From Mobula hypostoma (taxonomy: Eukaryota): a stretch of 64,000 nucleotides of DNA. Below, in pieces: positions 35,105 to 47,900 of this stretch (the first letter of the stretch is position 1; each line of letters begins with the position of its first letter). The position numbers were made by a program, and so were the translations under genes. The stretch covers positions 12,834,001-12,898,000 of the forward strand of contig NC_086110.1 of NCBI RefSeq assembly GCF_963921235.1. Reading direction: 5' to 3'. The notes under the pieces were generated by a model, which was not told where the DNA came from, did no database searches, and worked only from the letters and a program-made list of their open reading frames with translations.

Positions 35105-35480
35105 GTCTAGGGCACCAATCCTCCATCTCCGGTGGTGTTTAGGGCTTCCTTCATGATGTCAGTGGCTTCCTCTCGGTTTTCACTACTGTCAGTCATGCAA
35201 GTCACGGGTGGAGTCTCGGGAATATCGTGGCACTCAGATGTAGAAGGATTTTCCATTGCTTCTTCCGTAACGATTTTATTTTTCCAGTCAGGGTTGTTAG
35301 ACCTGAGATGAACTCTCGAAATTGGAGGACCGGTTAAACACTCTTTGTCTGGCCTCTACCCTTTGACTTACTCGGCATGGGTGACCCTTCCAAGAGTCAA
35401 AACATAACACCCTGACTCCAGTCAACACAACCCACTGGGTCATTAAAGCACCCACGCCTTCAAACCACGACAAGGTCGTG
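35105..35480 (-). mobile_element. RTE-like LINE 5-prime region fragment
   Basis: ccttgtcgtggtttg...gggtcacccatgcc...ctaacaaccctgactgg pattern, recognised from memory. Confidence 0.5.
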
Positions 35481-36244
35481 GTTCCCTTGCAGGAGCGCAT
35501 CAACTGCTTTTCATTAAAAGAAATGATCACCATTCTTGGAAGACGTATCAGTGATTCCTGCTGGTGTTCAGAAAAAGAGTCATGCAGCTGAGAAGCAGAG
35601 CCACCTAGTCACATTGCACAGAAACGAGCCATTCGACCGGCTATCGAAAATCAATTTGTAGCAATCCTATTTATAATCACTTAATCTACCGTCTTCAACG
35701 TCATAGGAAATCGAATGCTCGTGTTAAATTTTATGAGGGTTTCTGCCTTCCCGGAATCCCCAGATTGCCATCGCCCTGAGGCGATAAAACCTAAAGCTTC
35801 TCCAGATCCCTTCTAACCTCCTCCCCCTTCATGATAGCCATAGAGCCTATAAATTTAGATAACGTGTTATTTACAACCTACGGTGTGCCCACCTGAATTT
35901 CGCATACTTCAATGATAACCCCGCCGACTCATTTCCAAGGAAAACAACCCCAGCTTTACCTGCGTTTCCTCATAACTGAACATCCCGTTGCAGGCAATGT
36001 TCTGGCGAATCTCCTCTGCACCGTCTACACAATCGTATCCTATAAACATAGAAACATTGAAAACCTAGAGCAGAATACAGGCCCTTTGGCCCACAATGCC
36101 GTGCCGAACATGTATCCTTCATTAAGTGTGATGATGAGAATGCGCACAATACTCCAGCTATAACCCAACTAACGTTTTACAAAGTTTAGCATAGTCTCAC
36201 TGCTTTTACATCGTATACTCCGTCGAATGAAGTTAATTATTCCG

Positions 36245-36650
36245 TCAACACGAGGAAATCTGCAGATGCTGGAATTTCAAGCAACACACATAAAAATTGC
36301 TGGTGAACGCAGCAGGCAAGGCAGCATCTATAGGAAGAGGTACAGTTGACGTTTCGGGCCGAGACCTGGGCTTCCCCCCTCCCTCTTTCTTTCTCCCTTG
36401 GCCTCCCGTGCCACGTTCCTCTCGTATCCCTTTTACCAATCAACTTTCCAGCTCTTAGCTCCATCCCTTCCCCCCTCCTGTCTTTTTCTATCATTTCGGA
36501 TCTCCCCCTCCCTCTCCTACTTTCAAACCTCTTACTATCTCTTCTTTCAGTTAGTCCTGACGATGGAGACCCTAAACGTCGACTCTGCCTCTTCCTATAG
36601 ATGCTGCCTGAGCTGCTGCGTTCACCAGTAATTTTTAAGTGTGTTGCTTA
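36245..36650. mobile_element. Penelope-derived short elements, two copies in opposite orientation
   Basis: ctgcagatgctgg...gacgtttcgggccgagacc and the reverse arrangement at 36553-36640. Confidence 0.75.
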
Positions 36651-37799
36651 ATTATTCCGTCTGCCGTTTTCTATACCTTTTCAATCTGTATCGCCGCCTT
36701 CGGTGAATTGTACAATGAGCTTCACTGTTTGTTTAAGCGTGTCGCACACCAGAAAGAACGAGAGTAACGCCTACTATAATTCTGCACGCGATTGCTTAAA
36801 ATTTGGAATTAACTAGCGATTGAATTAATCGCTGTTGGACGGCAGATTAGAAACCGTCGTGATCGAGGCTGGTTTCGAAGGATTTAAATATTCTGTAGAC
36901 TGCCGTTTTCCTACCGGTCTACTGACTATGTGATGGTCCATGCTTTTAGATTTTTAACGCACGGAAATACACGCAAAGAAATCGCACATGGTGGAGCTGC
37001 GTGCTTATCAGCACAGAGATAGTTTAATTGTTTCTCATGCACATAGTAGCAGTACGTGCTTATCTGCTCAGCAATAATTTAAATTATTATGTCTCTCATT
37101 TGGAGACTGTAAACACTTCCTACAATGAAAGAGTGATCAGCTGCAACTCTGCATGCCCATTTCTTTATGAATGGATATGTAAATAGAATCATAGAGTCAT
37201 AGAAAACTACAATAGAGAAACATGCCTTCGACCCCATTCCGTTTGTGCCGAATCATTTAAACTAGTCCCATCGACCTACACCTGCCCATACCCCTGAAAT
37301 CCATGCACCTTTCGAAACGTCTCTTAAAAGTTGAAATCGAAATCCAATCCACCATTTCTACTGGCAGCTCGTTCCACATTCTCACTCACGCTCGTAGTGA
37401 AGATGTTTCCCCACATGTTCCCCTTAAGCATTGCCCTTTCATCCTTAACCCATGATGGGCCTCTATCAGGAGTGCTACGTACGCAGACCCCTCAGTATTA
37501 TCAAGGATCCAATCCATTCATCCAGCATCCTCTTTGACATTCTACTATCAGGGAGGAACATCTGTTGCATAAAGACAAGAACGGTGGGTGAGAAACAGCT
37601 TCTATTCGGCTTCTGAACTCCCCGCTGCGTTGCATTCGTAGTGTCACCGTACTCCACAATTTTAATTTATACACTTTACTTTGTCTGTCAAGAATTTGTA
37701 GATCTAATTCTTACTTTCTTAAATTATTGTATGTTACATGTGCCTAATGTGTACTATTGTATCCGGAGAAAAGTTGCCTCGTTTGGTGGTATAGTTATA

Positions 37800-40250
37800 T
37801 GACAATAAACTTCAATTGACTGGAATTCACTTGTATCCCCAGATCCCATTGTTCCACCGCACTCCTCAGTATCCTCCCGCTAACTGTGTAAAACCTACCC
37901 TGGCTGGTCCTCTCAAGGTGCAACACCTCACACTCGTCTGCGTTAAATTCCATCCGCCAGTCTCTAACTCATTTTTTTCCAGCTGGTACAGCTCCCACTG
38001 TATGCTTCGATAATCATCTTCGCTATCCTCTACACCCCCAAACTTGGTGTCATCCGTAAATTTGCTAATCCCATTAACGATATTATCACCCAGATCGTTA
38101 AATAGATGGCAAATAACAATCGGCCCAGCACCGATCCCTGTGGCACACCACTAGTCACGGGGTTTCAATCAGAAAGGCAACAATCTGCTTCCATCTGTCT
38201 TCTCCCATAAAGCCAATGCGCAATCCAATTTACTACGTCATCTTGAATGCCGAGAGACCGAACCTTCTTGATCGACCTTCCATGCAGGATCTTGTGAAAT
38301 GCCTTGCTAAAATTCAAATGGGCAATATCCACTACCTAATCAGCCCATATCTGTCCAAATACTCATATATTCGGTCCCTTAGAATATCTTCCAATAACGT
38401 TCCCACTACCGATGCCCTGCTCACCAGCCTATAATTTTCTGGTTTATATTTAAAGCCTTTTTTTTTCAACAGCGGAATATCACTAGCTATCCTCCAATCC
38501 TCCGGTACCTCACCTGCCGAAAAGGATGATTTAAATATCTCTGCTAGTGCCGCTGGAAACTCTGCACTTGCACTTTGTCAGGCCCTGGGGATTCTTCCAT
38601 CATAATTTGCCTCAAGACAGCAAGCACTTGCTCCTCCGTAACCTCTAGAGGACCCATGACCCCGTTGTTGCTTTGCCTCACTTCTGTAGATTCTGCGCCT
38701 GCCTTCCAAGTAACCACAGATGCAAAACAGTCCGCTTAAGATCCCCTCTCTTTTAGGCTCCACGTATAGATTACCAATCTGATCTTCTAGAGTTCCAAGT
38801 TTGTCCCTTGCAACCCTTTTGCTCTGAACATTCCTGTAGAATCCCCTAGGACTCTCTGTCAACTTGTCTGCAAGAGCCTCCTCATGTCTTCTTTAATCCC
38901 TCCTGATTTCTGTCTTAAGTGCTCTCTTGCATTTACTACACTCATCAAGGACCCTATTAGTTCCTATCTGCCTATACATGCTATGCACCTCCTCTTCTCT
39001 TAGCCAGGGCCTCAATATTTCTCGAAATCCAAGGTTACCTTGACCTGCTATCCTTGCCCTTTATTCTCACAGGCACACACAGGCCTGGTACTCTCTAAAA
39101 TTTGCTTTGAAGGCCTTTCACTTACCAAGTACACTTTTAGCCAGAAAGCGACATGTACGAACCCACATTAGCTAGATACTTTCTGATACCATAACATTAG
39201 CCTTTCCCCAATTTAGAATCTCAACTCGAGGACCAGCCCTATCTCTTTCCATAATTTCCTTGAAACTAATGGCATTATCATCACTGGATGCAAAGTCTTC
39301 CCCTACACAAACTTCTGTCACCTGTCAGTCAGTAACAGGAGATGAAGTATTGCTCAATCTCTCGATGTGAGTGTATGTATTCTATGTATTGATTAACACA
39401 AATTTCCTGAACATATCTGACGAACTCCATCCTATCTCGTCTATTTACAGTATGGGAATCCCAGTCGGTATGTGGAAAGTTAAAATCACATACTATCGCA
39501 GCCTTATGTTTACTGCAACAGTCTGTAGTCTCTCCTCTAAATCCCACGGACGATTGGATGGTCTATAATATAGCTCCGTTAAATTAGTCATACTTTTCTT
39601 ATTCCTCAGTTCCATCCATAAAACCTCACTAGACGAGTTCACCAGTCTGGCCAGACTGAGCACTGCCGTGACATTATTTAACTAGTAATGTCACTCTTCT
39701 CCCTTTAATCTCTTCCGTTCTGTCATGTCTAAAACAACCGGACCCCGGAATATTGAGCTGCCAATTCTGTCGCTCCTGCAACCACGTCTCACTAATATTT
39801 AGAATATCAGAATTCCATGCGTTGATCCATGCCCTCAGCTCACCCGCATTTCCTAAAACACTCCTCGCAAATCAGAGCATTAATGCCTCCATGTTCAATC
39901 ACGTGATTTCTGACTTTGTCTGGGGCCTTAACAACATCTGTCTCCACAACCCCTCCTCTATCTGTTCTGGAACCCTGGTTCCCATTCTCTTGCAACTTCA
40001 TTTCGAACTCCTTCCCTCCAGTGTATAGTCCTAGCAAACCTTCCCGCTAGGATACTAGTACCCTCCAGGTTAGGTTCAAACAGTCTCTTCTGTTCAGGTC
40101 CCACCTTCCCTGGAAGAGAGCCCAATGATCCAAAAATCTGAAGCCCTCCTCCCTACACTAGCTCCATAGCCATGTGTTAAACTGTATGACCTTCACATTT
40201 CTGGCCTCACTAGCAGGTGAGATCACAACTTTGCTGGCTTTGAGAAAATC
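37800..40250 (-). mobile_element. Degenerate CR1 (ORF2 and part of ORF1)
   Basis: RGFYRNVQSKRVARDK and IVCDFNFP motifs in the minus ORFs. Confidence 0.8.
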
Positions 40251-40349
40251 CTTTCCTGGTCCCTCTCTAGTATTTCCAGGTGCCTATTGTGGGTAGTCCA
40301 TGTCTCAGACGGGTACACACGACGACAGCCACTACTGCCTAGTAAGCAA

Positions 40350-41205
40350 CAGATATGCTCTGTTGGGCAGAGTGGGCAAAATTTGGCAGATGGCGTTTAA
40401 TGTGAATAAGTGTGAGGTTATTCACTTTGGGAGCAAGAACAGGAAGGGAGATTATTATCTGAACCGTGTGGAGTTAGGTAAAGGAGAAATACAAAGAGAT
40501 CTAGGAGTACTTGTTCATCAGTCTCTGAAGGTGAATTAGCAAGTGCAGCAGGCAGTGAAGAAGGCCAATGGAATGTTGGCCTTTATTACAAAGGGAATTG
40601 AGTACAAGAGCAAGGAAATCCTTTTGCATTTGTACAGGGCCCCGGTGAGACCACACCTGGAGTATTGTGTGCAGTTTTGGTCTCCAGGGTTAAGGAAGGA
40701 CATCCTGGCTGTGGAAGAGGTGCGGCGTAGGTTCACTAGGTTAATTCCTGGGATGTCCGGACTATCTTATGTAGAGAGGTTAGGGAGACTGGGCTTGTAC
40801 ACGCTGGAATTAAGGAAATGAAGGGGGGATCTGATTGAGACATATAAGATTATTAAGGGATTGGGCAAGATAGAGGCAGGAAATATGTTCCAGATGCTGG
40901 GAGAGTCCAATACCAGAGGGTATGGTTTAAGAATAAGGGGTAGGTCATTTAGGACAGAGTTGAGGAGGAAATTCTTCTCCCAGAGAGTTGTGGAGGTGTG
41001 GAACGCGCTGCCTCAGAAGGCAGTGGAGGCCAATTCTCTGGATGCTTTCAGGAAGGAGCTGGATAGGTATCTTATGGATAGGGGAATCAAGGGTTATGTG
41101 GACCGGGTATTGATAGTAGATGATCAGCCATGATCTCAGAATGGCGGTGCAGGCTCGAAGGACCGAATGGTCTACTTCTGCACCTATTGTCTATTGTCTA
41201 TTGTC
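40350..41205 (+). mobile_element. CR1 3-prime part with (ctattgt) tail
   Basis: WQMAFNVNKCEV and RPHLEYCVQFWSP motifs. Confidence 0.9.
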
Positions 41206-41313
41206 TATTGCTCTGGGCTGAGACACTGATCTTTCTTCTTTTATTGACTGCAAGGCAGAGCAGCTGATACAGATGGTCTATGCGGAATTTCAGTGTTTTC
41301 CCTATTACATCGG

Positions 41314-41349
41314 AGTCCTGACGAAGGGTCTCGGCCTGAAACGTCGACT
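41314..41349 (+). ncRNA. Minimal type I hammerhead ribozyme motif (Penelope-type)
   Basis: agtcctgacgaagggtctcggcctgaaacgtcgact, with an intact core. Confidence 0.75.
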
Positions 41350-42324
41350 GCGCCTCTTCCTATAGATGCTGCCTGGCCTGCTGCGTTCACCATCAACTTT
41401 GATGTATGTTACTTCTCCTGGTTTCCGTTTTCCTCACAGGACTTGCGGATACACGAGAAAGCACAAGGGATTGCATCTGCTGGAATCTGGTGCAGAGCTG
41501 GGTTCTGAGTTGGATGATCAGCCATGATCATAATAAATGGCGGTGCAGGCTCGAAGGGCCGAATGGCCTACTCCTGCACCTATTTTCTATGTTTCTATGT
41601 TTCTATGTATCCACTTTTTCGATGCAAAAGATACAAAAAATCGCTCTCAAGCAATAGGAATTACGAACTACAAACATAAAGTGTCCGTCCATCTAAATGG
41701 AATGAAAAAGGACACAGAGGACATTTGAAATGGACGGAGCAAATAAAAGCATAAAAGCTTGGGTGTACTACATTGATATGACATGAATATTAATTGTAAA
41801 TGTCACTCTGCTCTTTTAAGAACGGAGGGAGGCAGCCGAAAGGAAGTTATAGACTAGTTACCATAACCTCAGTGGATGGAGAGATGTTGGAGTCAATTGT
41901 TAGGACTAAAGATATAGAGTACTTGGTGACATAGGACAAAGTTTTGCCTGACTTTCCTTACAGAAAATCCTGCTTGACGAACCTGTTGGAATTCTTTGAG
42001 GAGACTACAACGGGGATGCGATATATGTTGCATGCTTAGATTTTCAGAACGCCATATATTCCACCAAGGAGCCACACGTGAGGCTGCTTACCAAGTTAAG
42101 AGCCCATGGTATTACAGGAAAGTTACTAACATGATTAGCACTTTGGCTGATTGGTAGGAGGCAGTGAGTGGGATTAAAAGGATCCTTTTCTGGTACTTTG
42201 GTGGAAGAAGTACATGTGCAGACTATTTTTTAATCGGGGAGAAGATCCAGAAATCTGAGATGCAGAGGTAATTGGGAGTCCTTGAGCAGGCCATCCTGCA
42301 AGTTAACTTGCAGGTAGAGTCGAG

Positions 42325-45300
42325 GTTAGAAACCATAGAAAAACTACGGCACAGAAACAGGCCTTTTGGACCTTCTTGGCTGTGCCGAACCATTTTCTGC
42401 CTAGTCCCACTGACCTGCACACGGGCCATATCCCTACATACACCTCCCATCCATGTATCTGTCCAATTTATTCTTAAATGTTAAAAAAGAATCCGCATTT
42501 ACTACCTCGTCTGGCAGCTCATTCCATACTCCCACCACTCTCTGTGTGAAGAAGCCCCCCCTAATGTTCCCTTTAAACTTTTCCCCCCTCACCCTTCGCC
42601 CATGTCCTCTGGTTTTTTTCTCCCCTTGCCTCAGTGGAAAAAGCCTGCTTGCATTCACTCCATCTATACCCATCATAATTTTATATACCTCGATCAAATC
42701 TCCTCTCATTCTTCTACTACCACTCTTTGGCTTCTTCGATTGAGCCAATGTCTAATCCAATTTACCACCTCTCCATGTATACCGAGCGACTGAATTTTCC
42801 TAACTAACCTCCCATGTGGGACCTTGTCAAAGGCCTTACTGAAGTCCATGTAGACAATATCCACTGCCTTCCCTTCATCCACTTTCCTGGTAACCTCCTT
42901 GAAATACTCCAATAGATTGGTCAAACATGACCTACCACGCACAAAGCCAGGTTGACTCTCCCTAATAGGTCACTGTCTATCCAAATGCTTGTAGATTCTG
43001 TCTCTTAGTACTCCCTCCAATAACTTACCTACTACCGACGTTAAACTTACTGGCCTATAATTTCCCGGATTACTTTTCGATCCTTTTTTAAACAATGGAA
43101 CAACATGAGCCACTCTCTAATCCTCCGGCACCTCACCTGTAGACCTGTAGATTTTAAGTATTTCTGCCAGGGCCCCTGCAATTTCAACACTAGTCTCCTT
43201 CAAGGTCCGAGGGTACACCCTGTCAGGTCCCGGGGATTTATCCACTTTAATTTTCCTGAAGACAGGAAACACCTCCGCCTTTTCAATCTGTACAGTTTCC
43301 ATGATCTCACTACTTGTTTCCCTTAATTCCACAGACCATGCCAGTTTCCTTAGTAAATACAGACGCAAAAAATCTATTTAAGATCTCCCCCATTTCCTTT
43401 GGTTCCGCACATAGCCAACCACTCTGATCTTCAAGAGGACCAATTTTGTCCCTTACAATCCTTTTGCTCTTAATATACCAGTAAAAGCTTTTTGGATTAT
43501 CCTTCACTTTGACTGCCAAAGCAACCTCATGTCTTCTTTTAGCCCTCCTGATTTCTTTCTTAAGTATTTTCTTGCACTTCTTGTACTCCTCAAGCACCTT
43601 ATTTACACCCTGTTTCCTATACATGTCATACAGCTCCCTCTTTTTCTTTATTAGAGTTGCAATATACTTTGAGAACCAAGGTTCCTTATTCCTAATCACT
43701 TTGCCTTTAATCCTGACAGGAACATACAAACTCTGCACTCTCAAAATTTCTCCTTTGAAGGCTTCCCACCTACCAATCACATTTTTGCCAGAGAACAACC
43801 TGTCCCAATCCACACGTTTTAGATCCTTTCTCATTTCTTCAAATTTGGCCTTCTTCCATTTCAGAACCTCAACCCTAGCACCAGATCTATCCTTGTCCAT
43901 GATCAAGTTGAAACTAATGGTGTTATGATCACTGGAACCAAAGTGCTCCCCTACACAGACTTCCGTCACTTGTCCTAACTCGTTTCCTAACAGGAGATCC
44001 AATATTGCATCCCCTCTAGTTGGTCCCTCTATATATTGATTTAGAAAATTTTCCTGAACACATTTTACAAACTCTAAACTATCTAGAGCCCTAACAGTAT
44101 GCGAGTCCCAATCAATATATGGAAAATTAAAATCCCCTACCACCACAACTTTATGTTTCCTGCAGTTGTCTGCTATCTCTCTGCAGATTTGCTCTTCCAA
44201 TTCTCGTTGACTATTGGGTGGTCTGTAATACAATCCCACTAATGTGGCCATACCTTTCCTGTTTCTCAGCTCCACCCATAAGGACTCAGTAGACAAGCCC
44301 TCTAATCAGTCCTGCCTGAGCACTGCTGTAATATTTTCCCTAACAAGCAATGCTACTCCGCCACCTTTCATTCCTCTGCCTTGATCACATCTGAAACATC
44401 GGAACCCTGCAATATTAAGCTGCCAGTCCTGCCCCTCCTGTAGCCAAGTTTCACTAATTGTTATAACGTATTAATTCCACGTGTCAATCCACGCCCTCAA
44501 CTCATCCGCCTTCCCCGCAATACTCCTAGCATTGAAATATATACACCTCAGAAGATTTTTACCACCACTTGCAACCTTTCTATTAGCGGATTTGCTTGAA
44601 CTTTTAACATCATTTATTTTCACCCCAGCCATACTGTCAGCTTTGGCACTCTGGCTCCCATCCCCCTGCAAATCTAGTTTAAAGCCTCCCCAATAGCACT
44701 AACAAACCTTCCTGAAAGAATATTGGTCCCCCTGTAGTTCAAATATAACCTGTCTCTCTTGTACAGGTCCCACCTGCCCCAGAAGAGGTCCCAATGATCC
44801 TGAAATCTGAACCCTGCCCCCTACATCAGTTCCTCAGCCACTTGTTCATCCTCCAGAGCATCCTATTCCTACCCTCACTGGCATGTAGCACAGGTAGCAA
44901 TCCTGAGATTACCACTCTTGAGGTCATGCGTTTCAACTTCCTACCAAGCTCTCTATACTCACTCTCCTGGACCTCCTCACTCTTCCTTTCTATGTCATTG
45001 GTACCGATGTGCACCACGACATCTGGCTGATCACCCTACCACTTCAGAATGTCATGCAATCGATCAGAGACATCCTTGACCCTGGCACCCGGGAGGCAAC
45101 AAACCATCCTGGATTCTCTGTCACGACCACAGAACCTCCTCTCTGCAGCTCTAACTATCGAGTCCCCTATCACTACTGCTCTTTTTCCACCCACCCTTCT
45201 GCACTGCAGAGCCAGACTCAGTGCCAGAGATCCGGCTACTGCAGCTTGTCCCAGGTAAGTCATCCCCCCACAACAATATCCAATGCGGTATACTTGTTGT

Positions 45301-45420
45301 TGAGGGGAATGGCCACAGGGGAACCCTGCTCTGCCTGCCCTTTCCTCTTCTCTCGCCTTACAGTGACCCAATTTCCTGTCCTCTGCTCCTTTGGCGTAAC
45401 TACCTCCCTGTAGCTACTAT
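42325..45420 (-). mobile_element. CR1 with ORF1 esterase and endonuclease, carrying a large internal RT deletion near 42720
   Basis: VVIGDSIVR and VHIGTNDI (ORF1), the 328-aa endonuclease ORF 43310-44296, MDFSKAFDKVPH, then an abrupt jump to RRMRGDLIEVYK. Confidence 0.9.
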
Positions 45421-46050
45421 AGGAAGGTAAATGCAATGTTGTTATTTATTTCAAGAAGTCTAGAATATAAGAGCAAGGACATGATGCCGAGGCTTTATAA
45501 GGCACTGGTGCTTTGAGTACTGTAAACGTTTGGGGCCCCGTATCTCGGAAAAGATGTGCTGACATTGGAGAGGGTTCACAAGGTTGATTCCGGGAATGGA
45601 AAAGTTATCATATGAGGAAAGCCTGATGGCTCTGGGGCCTGTACTCGCCAGAAGGATGGGCGGAGTCTCATTGAAACCTTTTGAATGTTGAAAGGCCTAG
45701 GCAGAGCAGATATGGAAAGGATGTTACCCTGGTTGGGGAGTCTAGGAGAAGAGGGCACATCCCCAGGATAGAGGGCGTCCATTTAAAATAGAGAGGCGGA
45801 GAAATTTATTTAGCCAGAGGGTGGTGATTTTGTGGTATTTGTTACCACAGGCAGCTGTGGAGGCCAGGTCGTTGGGTGTATTTAAGGCGGAGAATAATAG
45901 GCTCTTGATTGGCCACGGCATCAAAGTTTACGGGGAGAAGGCCGGGGAGTGGGGCTGAGGAGGGGAAAAACGCTCAGCTATGATTGGATGGCGGATCGAA
46001 CACCATGGGCCAAATGGCCCAATTCTGCTCCTGTGTTTTATGGTCTCATG
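45420..46050 (+). mobile_element. CR1 3-prime fragment
   Basis: Degenerate 3-prime ORF2 and tail, back-to-back with the preceding element. Confidence 0.8.
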
Positions 46051-46129
46051 GACATGATTGAGCAATTTCCACGAGCACTGGAATAAGTTTCAGTGTGGCA
46101 TAAATTTCAATATTTTTAAAAATTTTAAA

Positions 46130-47130
46130 TCGTCTTTGTACATCAACGATTTGGATTATGGAATAGATGGCTTTGTGGCTAAGTTTGCTGACGATACGAA
46201 GATAGGTGGAGGGGCCGGTAGTGCTGAGGAAACGGAGAGTCTGCAGAGAGACTTGGATAGATTGGAAGAATGGGCAGAGAAGTGGCAAATGAAATACAAT
46301 GTTGGAATGTGTATGGTTGTGCACTTTGGCAGAAAAAATAAACGGGCAGAATATTATTTAAATGGGGAAAGAATTCAAAGTTCGGAGATGCAACGGGACT
46401 TGGGAGTCCTCGTACAGGATACCCTTAAGGTTAACCTCCAGGCTGAGTCGGTAGTGAAGAAGGCGAATACCATGTTGGCATTCATTTCTTGAGGAGTAGA
46501 GTATAGGAGCAGGGATGTGATGTTGAGGCTCTATAAGGCACTGGTGAGACCTCACTTGGAGTACTGTGGGCAGTTTTGGTCTCCCTATTTAAGAAAGGAT
46601 GTGCTGACATTGGAGAGGGTACAGAGAAGATTCACTGGAATGATTCCGGGAATGAGAGGGTTAACATATGAGGAGCTTTTGTCCGCTCTTGGACTGTATT
46701 CCTTGGAGTTTAGAAGAATGAGGGGAGACCTCATAGAAACATTTCGAATGTTGAAAGGCATGTACCGTGTGGATGTGGCAAAGTTGTTTCCCATGATGGG
46801 GGAGTCTAGTACGAGAAGGCATGACTTAAGGATTGAAGGGCGCCCATTCAAAACAGAAATGCGAAGAAATTTTTTTAGTCGGAGGGTGGTGAATCTATGG
46901 AATTTGTTGCCACGGGCAACAGTGGAGGCCAAGTCATTGGGTGTATTTAAGGCAGAGATTGATAGGTATCTGAGTAGCCAGGGCATCAAAGGTTATGGTG
47001 AGAAGGCGGTGGAGTGGGACTAAATGGGAGAATGGATCAGCTCATGATAAAATGGCTGAGCAGACTCGATGGGCCGAATGGCCGACTTCTGCTCCTTTGT
47101 CGTATGGTCTTATGGTCTTATGGTCTCTAT
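46130..47130 (+). mobile_element. CR1 3-prime part
   Basis: FADDTKIGG, LVRPHLEYC and a (tatggtct) tail. Confidence 0.9.
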
Positions 47131-47499
47131 GGCGCTTTGAAAACATAATTTCAAGAACACTTTGACACCGAGGTAAGATCAGGTCATCTTGAAAACAATC
47201 GATCAAAATGGCTTGCATTTTAGGCACACTACATAGGTCCAAAGAGTTGAAAATCAAAGATGACAAAAATGCAGTCTTTCGATCACGGAGAATTGTAAGT
47301 GTGAAAAAGGAGTCGGGTGGAGGGTATTGAGTTGCGGCGCAGTGGGTCAGGAGCGTGGACATGCAAGAATTTTAAAAGAACGTTTGTCGGCGATGAAGTT
47401 AGAAACTTCATGGACTTGATGAGAAATTAATTCAGCCGGGCTCAGAGAGGTATATGAATGGGATGGCTAGGGCACATGCAAATATCATGCGCACGAACG

Positions 47500-47900
47500 T
47501 AAACATGTGCAGGGTAGGATAACTCCCTTATATGAGCATTTCTTCCCGCACGTACATTGTCAAGAATGCAGTACTTCTCATTCCTACTCCTCCTGGACAG
47601 AGCAAGAAGAGATCCCCAGGTATTAGCATTCATCCTACATCCTACAGTATCTTAATCCATCAGATTATTCTTCGCATTTTCCGACAACTTCAACAATATT
47701 TCAGCAGCAGAAAAATAATTCCTTTCCCCTTTTCAGCATTTCGGAAGGATCATTTGATTTCATTATTCTTCTATTCCCAACCTGTCAGTACCTGTCTCTA
47801 CCCGTCCCACTTTCACATGCACCCATTTCCCGCTCAGCCTTTCATTTCTCACATTAAGATGAAGCAGCGATTTTCTCCATTTTTCCCCATCTATATACAA
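47500..47900 (+). mobile_element. Penelope-like RT C-terminal fragment
   Basis: HQIILRIFRQLQ and PFSAFRKD motifs. Confidence 0.6.

Noticed and set aside
37095-37190. GDC...ACPFLYEWICK* resembling a C-type lectin terminal exon
   Set aside because: Only the CxxxxxWIC spacing matches. It needs a frameshift, and no other lectin exons were seen.
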